Shown here: piece after piece, positions 40,996-52,900 of the stretch | Layout of the letters: each line of letters starts with the position of its first letter | Position numbering within the stretch: the first letter of the stretch is position 1 | Assembly (NCBI RefSeq): GCF_964355755.1 | Contig: NC_092673.1 | Span: 4,836,001 to 4,900,000, forward strand | Length of the DNA stretch: 64,000 nucleotides | Origin: Antedon mediterranea | Lineage: Eukaryota > Animalia > Echinodermata | Direction: 5' to 3' | The notes under the pieces: generated by a model | Told to the model about the DNA's origin: nothing | Databases searched by the model: none | The model's input: only the letters and a program-made list of their open reading frames with translations | Position numbers and translations under genes: made by a program

Positions 40996-43900
40996 ATGAA
41001 TATATCGGGAAATATTCTATCATCAGTGGTGCAGACGCGGTCAATTGAAAGAGTTTTAGCACCTATCGCGGCTCAAGTAAGTATTTTTTGGCTAGGCCAA
41101 GCAGTCAAACAGAGAGAGGCTGGTTGTTTACACTCACACAGCGCAATACAGCCACAGCGGCCGCACCACCATTTAGCATGATGAGTAGGCCTAGGCTTGA
41201 TATTTTAAAAACTAGATGGTATTTTATATACCGGCGTGAAGTTGGTTACTTATTCCTTATTCGATATTCAATTTTTTTTGTGAAGTTGGATCCTTATTCG
41301 GCATTCACATTCACATGTATGGGGCGCAATATGTGTAATATTTTAATTAAATGATTTTATACTTACGGCTTAGATTAACTAGGGCTATGATTTATATTTA
41401 TATTTATATTTAAAACCTTACTACAATTTAACGTTTTTATAAAAAATGCAATATAACCGGATGATATATAAGGCTATAATTACGTTATAAACGGCATAGA
41501 CCGGGATGACGATACATGGGTTGGAGTGAGTAGGATCCAGTCATTTCAGAAAATTTTCTCTTGCCCCGGTCCATGCCGTCTAGCTGTCATTTTACGCCAT
41601 TTTAAAACGTTACTACAATTTAACGTTTTTTAAATAAAAAATGCAATATAACAGGATGATATATAGGGCTATAATTACGTTATAAACGGCATGGACCGGG
41701 ATGACGATACATGGGTTGGGGCAAGTAGGGTCCAGTCAATTCAGAAAAATACCACTTGCCCCGGTCCATGCCGTCTAGCTATCATTTTACGCCATTTTAA
41801 AACGTTACTACAATTTAAGGTTTTTTTAAATAAAAAATGCAATATAACAGGATGATATATAGGGCTATAATTACGTTATAAACGGCATGGACCGGGATGA
41901 CGATACATGGGTTGGGGCGAGTAGGGTCCAGTCATTTCAGAAAAATACCACTTGCCCCGGTCCATGCCGTCTAGCTGTCATTTTACGCCATTTTAAAACG
42001 TTACCGGTACTACAATTTAATTTTTTTAAATAAAAAATGCAATATAACCGAATGATTTATAGGGCTATAATTACGTTATAAACGGCATGGACCGGGATGA
42101 CGATACATGGGTTGGGGCAAGTAGGGTCCAGTAGTTTCAGAAAAATACCACTTGACCCGGTCCATGCCATCTAGTTGCCATTTCACGCCATTTTAAAACC
42201 TTACTACAATTTAACGTTTGTAAAAAAATGCAATATAACCGGATGAAATATAGGGTTATAATTACGTTATAAACGGCATGGACCGGGATGACGATACATG
42301 GGTTGGGGCGAGAAGGGTCCAGTGATTTAAGAAAAATACATCTTATCCCGGTCCATGCCGTCTAGCTGTCATTTTACGCCATTTTAAAACGTTACTACAA
42401 TTTAAGGTTTTCATAAAAAATGCAATGTAAACGTATGATTTATAGGGCTATAATTACGTTATAAACGGCATGGACCGGGATGACGATACATGGGTTGGGG
42501 CAAGTAGGGTCCAGTCAATTCAGAAAAATACCACTTGCCCTGGTCCATGCCGTCTAGCTATCATTTTACGCCATTTTAAAACGTTACTACAATTTAACGG
42601 GTTTTTTTTTATAAAAAATGCAATATAACCGAATGATTTATAGGGCTATAATTACGTTATAAACGGCATGGACCGGGATGACGATACATGGGTTGGGGCT
42701 AGTAGGGTCCAGTCTTTTCAGAAAAATACCACTTGCCCCGGTCCATGCCGTCTAGCTGCCATTTCACGTCATTTTAAAACCTTACTACAATTTAACGTTT
42801 TTATAAAAAATGCAATATAACCGGATGATATATAAGGCTATAATTACGTTATAAACGGCATGAACCGGGATGACGATACATGGGTTGGAGTGAGTAGGAT
42901 CCAGTCATTTCAGAAAATTTTCTCTTGCCCCGGTCCATGCCGTCTAGCTGTAATTTTACGCCATTTTAAAACGTTACTACAATTTAACGTTTTTTAAATA
43001 AAAAATGCAATATAACATGATGATATATAGGGCTATAATTACGATATAAACGGCATGGACCGGGATGACGATACATGGGTTGGGGCAAGTAGGGTCCAGT
43101 CAATTCAGAAAAATACCACTTGCCCCGGTCCATGCCGTCTAGCTATCATTTTACGCCATTTTAAAACGTTACTACAATTTAAGGTTTTTTTAAATAAAAA
43201 ATGCAATATAACAGGATGATATATAGGGCTATAATTACGTTATAAACGGCATGGACCGGGATGACGATACATGGGTTGGGGCGAGTAGGGTCCAGTCATT
43301 TCAGAAAAATACCACTTGCCCCGGTCCATGCCGTCTAGCTGTCATTTTACGCCATTTTAAAACGTTACCGGTACTACAATTTAATTTTTTTAAATAAAAA
43401 ATGCAATATAACCGAATGATTTATAGGGCTATAATTACGTTATAAACGGCATGGACCGGGATGACGATACATGGGTTGGGGCTAGTAGGGTCCAGTAGTT
43501 TCAGAAAAATACCACTTGACCCGGTCCATGCCATCTAGTTGCCATTTCACGCCATTTTAAAACCTTACTACAATTTAACGTTTGTAAAAAAATGCAATAT
43601 AACCGGATGAAATATAGGGTTATAATTACGTTATAAACGGCATGGACCGGGATGACGATACATGGGTTGGGGCGAGAAGGGTCCAGTGATTTAAGAAAAA
43701 TACATCTTACCCCGGTCCATGCCGTCTAGCTGTCATTTTACGCCATTTTAAAACGTTACTACAATTTAAGGTTTTCATAAAAAATGCAATGTAAACGTAT
43801 GATTTATAGGGCTATAATTACGTTATAAACGGCATGGACCGGGATGACGATACATGGGTTGGGGCAAGTAGGGTCCAGTCAATTCAGAAAAATACCACTT

Positions 43901-46900
43901 GCCCTGGTCCATGCCGTCTAGCTATCATTTTACGCCATTTTAAAACGTTACTACAATTTAACGGGTTTTTTTTTATAAAAAATGCAATATAACCGAATGA
44001 TTTATAGGGCTATAATTACGTTATAAACGGCATGGACCGGGATGACGATACATGGGTTGGGGCTAGTAGGGTCCAGTCTTTTCAGAAAAATACCACTTGC
44101 CCCGGTCCATGCCGTCTAGCTGCCATTTCACGTCATTTTAAAACCTTACTACAATTTAACGTTTTTATAAAAAATGCAATATAACCGGATGATATATAAG
44201 GCTATAATTACGTTATAAACGGCATAGACCGGGATGACGATACATGGGTTGGAGTGAGTAGGATCCAGTCATTTCAGAAAATTTTCTCTTGCCCCGGTCC
44301 ATGCCGTCTAGCTGTCATTTTACGCCATTTTAAAACGTTACTACAATTTAACGTTTTTTAAATAAAAAATGCAATATAACAGGATGATATATAGGGCTAT
44401 AATTACGTTATAAACGGAATGAACCGGGATGACGATACATGGGTTGGGGCGAGTAGGGTCCAGTCATTTCAGAAAAATACCTCTTACCCCGGTCCATGCC
44501 GTCTAGCTGTCATTTTACGCCATTTTAAAACGTTACTACAATTTAAGGTTTTCATAAAAAATGCAATGTAAACGTATGATTTATAGGGCTATAATTACGT
44601 TATAAACGGCATGGACCGGGATGACGATACATGGGTTGGGGCAAGTAGAGTCCAGTCAATTCAGAAAATTACCACTTGCCCCTGTCCATGCCGTCTAGCT
44701 ATCATTTTACGCCATTTTAAAACGTTACTACAATTTAACGTTTTTTTATAAAAAATGCAATATAACCGAATGATTTATAGGGCTATAATTACGTTATAAA
44801 CGGCATGGACCGGGATGACGATACATGGGTTGGGGCTAGTAGGGTCCAGTCGTTTCAGAAAAATACCACTTGACCCGGTCCATGCCGTTTATAACGTAAT
44901 TATAGCCCTATATATCATCCTGTTATATTGCATTTTTTTTTAAAAAAAAACGTTAAATTGTAGTAACGTTTTGAAATGGCGTAAAATGATAGCTAGACGG
45001 CATGGACCGGGGCAAGTGGTATTTTTCTGAATTGACTGGACCCTACTTGCCCCAACCGATATATCGTCATCCCGGTCCATGCCGTTTATAACGTAATTAT
45101 AGCCCTATAAATCATTCGGTTATATTGCATTTTTTATAAATAAAAACGTTAAATTGTAGTAACGTTTTAAAATGGCGTAAAATGATAGCTAGACGGCATG
45201 GACCGGGGCAAGTGGTATTTTTCTGAATTGACTGGACCCTACTTGCCCCAACCCATGTATCGTCATCCCGGTCCATGCCGTTTATAACGTAATTATAGCC
45301 CTATACATCATACGTTTACATTGCATTTTTTATGAAAACCTTAAATTGTAGTAACGTTTTAAAATGGCGTAAAATGGTAGCTAGACGGCATGGACCGGGG
45401 TAAGAGGTATTTTTCTGAAATGACTGGACCCTGCTCGCCCCAACCCATGTATCGTCATCCCGGTCCATGCCGTTTATAACGTAATTATAGCCCTATAAAT
45501 CATTCGGTTATATTGCATTTTTTATAAAAAAAAACGATAAATTGTAGTAACGTTTTAAAATGGCGTAAAATGATAGCTAGACGGCATGGACCGGGGCAAG
45601 TGGTATTTTTCTGAATTGACTGGACCCTACTAGCCCCAACCCATGTATCGTCATCCCGGTCCATGCCGTTTATAACGTATTTATAGCCCTATAAATCATT
45701 CGGTTATATTGCATTTTTTATTTTTAAAAATTAAATTGTAGGACCGGTAACGTTTTAAAATGGAGTAAAATGATAGCTAGAAGACATGGACCGGGGCAAG
45801 TGGTATTTTTCTGAATTGACTGGACCCTACTTGCCCCAACCCATGTATCGTCATCCCGGTCCATGCCGTTTATAACGTAATTATAGCCCTATAAATCATT
45901 CGGTTATATTGCATTTTTTTATAAAAAAACACGTTAAATTGTAGTAACGTTTTAAAATGGCGTAAAATGATAGCTAGACGGTATGGACCGGGACAAGTGG
46001 TATTTTTCTGAATTGATTGGACCCTACTTGCCCCAACCCATGTATCGTCATCCCGGTCCATGCCGTTTATAACGTAATTATAGCCCTATACATCATACGT
46101 TTACATTGCATTTTTTATGAAAACCTTAAATTGTAGTAACGTTTTAAAATGGCGTAAAATGACAGCTAGACGGCATGGACCGGGGTAAGAGGTATTTTTC
46201 TGAAATGACTGGACCCTACTCGCCCCAACCCATGTATCGTCATCCCGGTCCATGCCGTTTATAACGTAATTACAGCCCTATATATCATCCGGTTATATTG
46301 CATTTTTTATAAAAACGTTAAATTGTAGTAAGGTTTTAAAATGGCGTGAAATGGCAGCTAGACGGCATGGACCGGGTCAAGTGGTATTTTTCTGAAACTA
46401 CTGGACCCTACTAGCCCCAACCCATGTATCGTCATCCCGGTCCATGCCGTTTATAACGTAATTATAGCCCTATAAATCATTCGGTTATATTGCATTTTTT
46501 ATTTAAAAAAAACGTTAAATTGTAGTAACAGTAACGTTTTAAAATGGTTTAAAATGACAGCTAGACGGCATGGACCGGGGCAAGTGGTATTTTTCTGAAA
46601 TGAATGGACCCTACTCGCCCCAACCCATGTATCGTTATCCCGGTCCATGCCGTTTATAACGTAATTATAGCCCTATATATCATCCTGTTATATTGCATTT
46701 TTTATTTTAAAAAACGTTAAATTGTAGTAACGTTTTGAAATGGCATAAAATGATAGCTAGACGGCATGGACCAGGGCAAGTGGTATTTTTCTGAATTGAC
46801 TGGACCCTACTTGCCCCAACCGATGTATCGTCATCCCGGTCCATGCCGTTTATAACGTAATTATAGCCCTATAAATCATTCGGTTATATTGCATTTTTTT

Positions 46901-49900
46901 ATAAAAAAACACGTTAAATTGTAGTAACGTTTTAAAATGGCGTAAAATGATAGCTAGACGGCATGGACCGGGGTAAGAGGTATTTTTCTGAAATGACTGG
47001 ACCCTGCTCGCCCCAACCCATGTATCGTCATCCCGGTCCATGCCGTTTATAACGTAATTACAGCCCTATATATCATCCGGTTATATTGCATTTTTTATAA
47101 AAACGTTAAATTGTAGTAAGGTTTTAAAATGGCGTGAAATGGCAGCTAGACGGCATGGACCGGGTCAAGTGGTATTTTTCTGAAACTACTGGACCCTACT
47201 AGCCCCAACCCATGTATCGTCATCCCGGTCCATGCCGTTTATAACGTAATTATAGCCCTATAAATCATTCGGTTATATTGCATTTTTTATTTAAAAAAAA
47301 CGTTAAATTGTAGTAACAGTAACGTTTTAAAATGGTTTAAAATGACAGCTAGACGGCATGGACCGGGTCAAGTGGTATTTTTCTGAAACTACTGGACCCT
47401 ACTAGCCCCAACCCATGTATCGTCATCCCGGTCCATGCCGTTTATAACGTAATTATAGCCCTATAAATCATTCGGTTATATTGCATTTTTTATTTTAAAA
47501 AACCGTTAAATTGTAGTAGCGTTTTAAAATGGCGTAAAATGATAGCTAGACGGCATGGACCGGGGCAAGTGGTATTTTTCTGAATTGACTGGACCCTACT
47601 TGCCCCAACCCATGTATCGTCATCCCGGTCCATGCCGTTTATAACGTAATTATAGCCCTATAAATCATTCGGTTATATTGCATTTTTTTTATAAAAAAAC
47701 ACGTTAAATTGTAGTAACGTTTTAAAATGGCGTAAAATGATAGCTAGACGGCATGGACCGGGGCAAGTGGTATTTTTCTGAATTGACTGGACCCTACTTG
47801 CCCCAACTCATGTATCGTCATCCCGGTCCATGCCGTTTATAACGTAATTATAGCCCTATAAATCATTCGGTTATATTGCATTTTTTTATAAAAAAACACG
47901 TTAAATTGTAGTAACGTTTTAAAATGGCGTAAAATGATAGCTAGACGGCATGGACCGGGACAAGTGGTATTTTTCTGAATTGACTGGACCCTACTTGCCC
48001 AACCCATGTATCGTCATCCCGGTCCATGCCGTTTATAACGTAATTATAGCCCTATACATCATACGTTTACATTGCATTTTTTATGAAAACCTTAAATTGT
48101 AGTAACGTTTTAAAATGGCGTAAAATGACAGCTAGACGGCATGGACCGGGGTAAGAGGTATTTTTCTGAAATGACTGGACCCTACTCGCCCCAACCCATG
48201 TATCGTCATCCCGGTCCATGCCGTTTATAACGTAATTACAGCCCTATATATCATCCGGTTATATTGCATTTTTTATAAAAACGTTAAATTGTAGTAAGGT
48301 TTTAAAATGGCGTGAAATGGCAGCTAGACGGCATGGACCGGGTCAAGTGGTGTTTTTCTGAAACTACTGGACCCTACTAGCCCCAACCCATGTATCGTCA
48401 TCCCGGTCCATGCCGTTTATAACGTAATTATAGCCCTATAAATCATTCGGTTATATTGCATTTTTTATAAAAAAAAACCCGTTAAATTGTAGTAACGTTT
48501 TAAAATGGCGTAAAATGATAGCTAAATGGCATGGACCGGGGCAAGTGGTATTTTTCTGAATTGACTGGACCCTACTTGCCCCAACCCATGTATCGTCATC
48601 CCGGTCCATGCCGTTTATAACGTAATTATAGCCCTATACATCATACGTTTACATTGCATTTTTTATGAAAACCTTAAATTGTAGTAACGTTTTAAAATGG
48701 CGTAAAATGACAGCTAGACGGCATGGACCGGGGTAAGAGGTATTTTTCTGAAATGACTGGACCCTACTCGCCCCAACCCATGTATCGTCATCCCGTTCCA
48801 TGCCGTTTATAACGTAATTACAGCCCTATATATCATCCGGTTATATTGCATTTTTTATAAAAACGTTAAATTGTAGTAAGGTTTTAAAATGGCGTGAAAT
48901 GGCAGCTAGACGGCATGGACCGGGTCAAGTGGTTTTTTCTGAAACTACTGGACCCTACTAGCCCCAACCCATGTATCGTCATCCCGGTCCATGCCGTTTA
49001 TAACGTAATTATAGCCCTATAAATCATTCGGTTATATTGCATTTTTTATTTAAAAAAAACGTTAAATTGTAGTAACAGTAACGTTTTAAAATGGTTTAAA
49101 ATGACAGCTAGACGGCATGGACCGGGGCAAGTGGTATTTTTCTGAAATGAATGGACCCTACTCGCCCCAACCCATGTATCGTTATCCCGGTCCATGCCGT
49201 TTATAACGTAATTATAGCCCTATAAATCATTCGGTTATATTGCATTTTTTTATAAAAAAACACGTTAAATTGTAGTAACGTTTTAAAATGGCGTAAAATG
49301 ATAGCTAGACGGCATGGACCGGGGTAAGAGGTATTTTTCTGAAATGACTGGACCCTGCTCGCCCCAACCCATGTATCGTCATCCCGGTCCATGCCGTTTA
49401 TAACGTAATTACAGCCCTATATATCATCCGGTTATATTGCATTTTTTATAAAAACGTTAAATTGTAGTAAGGTTTTAAAATGGCGTGAAATGGCAGCTAG
49501 ACGGCATGGACCGGGTCAAGTGGTATTTTTCTGAAACTACTGGACCCTACTAGCCCCAACCCATGTATCGTCATCCCGGTCCATGCCGTTTATAACGTAA
49601 TTATAGCCCTATAAATCATTCGGTTATATTGCATTTTTTATTTTAAAAAACCGTTAAATTGTAGTAGCGTTTTAAAATGGCGTAAAATGATAGCTAGACG
49701 GCATGGACCGGGGCAAGTGGTATTTTTCTGAATTGACTGGACCCTACTTGCCCCAACCCATGTATCGTCATCCCGGTCCATGCCGTTTATAACGTAATTA
49801 TAGCCCTATAAATCATTCGGTTATATAGCATTTTTTTATAAAAAAACACGTTAAATTGTAGTAACGTTTTAAAATGGCGTAAAATGATAGCTAGACGGCA

Positions 49901-52900
49901 TGGACCGGGGCAAGTGGTATTTTTCTGAATTGACTGGACCCTACTTGCCCCAACCGATGTATCGTCATCCCGGTCCATGCCGTTTATAACGTAATTATAG
50001 CCCTATAAATAATTCAGTTATATTGCATTTTTTTATAAAAAAACACGTTAAATTGTAGTAACGTTTTAAAATGGCGTAAAATGATAGCTAGACGGCATGG
50101 ACCGGGACAAGTGGTATTTTTCTGAATTGACTGGACCCTACTTGCCCCAACCCATGTATCGTCATCCCGGTCCATGCCGTTTATAACGTAATTATAGCCC
50201 TATACATCATACGTTTACATTGCATTTTTTATGAAAACCTTATATTGTAGTAACGTTTTAAAATGGCGTAAAATGACAGCTAGACGGCATGGACCGGGGT
50301 AAGAGGTATTTTTCTGAAATGACTGGACCCTACTCGCCCCAACCCATGTATCGTCATCCCGGTCCATGCCGTTTATAACGTAATTACAGCCCTATGTATC
50401 ATCCGGTTATATAGCATTTTTTATAAAAACGTTAAATTGTAGTAAGGTTTTAAAATGGCGTGAAATGGCAGCTAGACGGCATGGACCGGGTAAAGTGGTA
50501 TTTTTCTGAAACTACTGGACCCTACTAGCCCCAACCCATGTATCGTCATCCCGGTCCATGCCGTTTATAACGTAATTATAGCCCTATAAATCATTCGGTT
50601 ATATTGCATTTTTTATAAAAAAAAAACCGTTAAATTGTAGTAACGTTTTAAAATGGCGTAAAATGATAGCTAAATGGCATGGACCGGGGCAAGTGGTATT
50701 TTTCTGAATTGACTGGACCCTACTTGCCCCAACCCATGTATCGTCATCCCGGTCCATGCCGTTTATAACGTAATTATAGCCCTATACATCATACGTTTAC
50801 ATTGCATTTTTTATGAAAACCTTAAATTGTAGTAACGTTTTAAAATGGCGTAAAATGACAGCTAGACGGCATGGACCGGGGTAAGAGGTATTTTTCTGAA
50901 ATTACTGGACCCTACTCGCCCCAACCCATGTATCGTCATCCCGGTCCATGCCGTTTATAACGTAATTACAGCCCTATATATCATCCGGTTATATTGCATT
51001 TTTTATAACAACGTTAAATTGTAGTAAGGTTTTAAAATGGCGTGAAATGGCAGCTAGACGGCATGGACCGGGTCAAGTGGTATTTTTCTGAAACTACTGG
51101 ACCCTACTAGCCCCAACCCATGTATCGTCATCCCGGTCCATGCCGTTTATAACGTAATTATAGCCCTATAAATCATTCGGTTATATTGCATTTTGTATTT
51201 AAAAAAACCGTTAAATTGTAGTAACAGTCACGTTTTAAAATGGCTTAAAATGACAGCTAGACGGCATGGACCGGGGCAAGTGGTATTTTTCTGAAATGAA
51301 TGGACCCTACTCGCCCCAACCCATGTATCGTTATCCCGGTCCATGCCGTTTATAACGTAATTATAGCCCTATATATCATCCTGTTATATTGCATTTTTTA
51401 TTTTAAAAAACGTTAAATTGTAGTAACGTTTTGAAATGGCGTAAAATGATAGCTAGACGGCATGGACCGGGGCAAGTGGTATTTTTCTGAATTGACTGGA
51501 CCCTACTTGCCCCAACCGATGTATCGTCATCCCGGTCCATGCCGTTTATAACGTAATTATAGCCCTATAAATCATTCGGTTATATTGCATTTTTTTATAA
51601 AAAAACACGTTAAATTGTAGTAACGTTTTAAAATGGCGTAAAATGATAGCTAGACGGCATGGACCGGGGCAAGTGGTATTTTTCTGAATTGACTGGACCC
51701 TACTTGCCCCAACCGATGTATCGTCATCCCGGTCCATGCCGTTTATAACGTAATTATAGCCCTATAAATCATTCGGTTATATTGCATTTTTTTATAAAAA
51801 AACACGTTAAATTGTAGTAACGTTTTAAAATGGCGTAAAATGATAGCTAGACGGCATGGACCGGGACAAGTGGTATTTTTCTGAATTGACTGGACCCTAC
51901 TTGCCCCAACCCATGTATCGTCATCCCGGTCCATGCCGTTTATAACGTAATTATAGCCCTATACATCATACGTTTACATTGCATTTTTTATGAAAACCTT
52001 AAATTGTAGTAACGTTTTAAAATGGCGTAAAATGACAGCTAGACGGCATGGACCGGGGTAAGAGGTATTTTTCTGAAATGACTGGACCCTACTCGCCCCA
52101 ACCCATGTATCGTCATCCCGGTCCATGCCGTTTATAACGTAATTACAGCCCTATATATCATCCGGTTATATTGCATTTTTTATAAAAACGTTAAATTGTA
52201 GTAAGGTTTTAAAATGGCGTGAAATGGCAGCTAGACGGCATGGACCGGGTAAAGTGGTATTTTTCTGAAACTACTGGACCCTACTAGCCCCAACCCATGT
52301 ATCGTCATCCCGGTCCATGCCGTTTATAACGTAATTATAGCCCTATAAATCATTCGGTTATATTGCATTTTTTATAAAAAAAAAACCCGTTAAATTGTAG
52401 TAACGTTTTAAAATGGCGTAAAATGATAGCTAAATGGCATGGACCGGGGCAAGTGGTATTTTTCTGAATTGACTGGACCCTACTTGCCCCAACCCATGTA
52501 TCGTCATCCCGGTCCATGCCGTTTATAACGTAATTATAGCCCTATACATCATACGTTTACATTGCATTTTTTATGAAAACCTTAAATTGTAGTAACGTTT
52601 TAAAATGGAGTAAAATGACAGCTAGACGGCATGGACCGGGGTAAGAGGTATTTTTCTGAAATAACTGGACCCTACTCGCCCCAACCCATGTATCGTCATC
52701 TCGGTCCATGCCGTTTATAACGTAATTATAGCCCTATATTTCATCCGGTTATATTGCAATTTTTATAAAAACGTGAAATTGTAGTAAGGTTTTAAAATGG
52801 CGTGAAATGGCAGCTAGACGGCATGGACCGGGTCAAGTGGTATTTTTTTTAAACTACTGGACCCTACTAGCCCCAACCCATGTATCGTCATCCCGGTCCA

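Noticed and set aside
41570-41590. Helitron 3' end (hairpin followed by CTAG) in each unit
   Set aside because: CTAG directly abuts a stem with a 59-nt loop and is followed by C rather than T; the whole element has TIRs and a TSD, unlike Helitrons.
45870-51934. Six near-identical 63-aa ORFs (MDRDDDTWVGASRVQ...) as a tandem peptide gene family
   Set aside because: They occur only in units where poly-A/T tract lengths happen to keep the frame; most units are frameshifted, which indicates no coding constraint.
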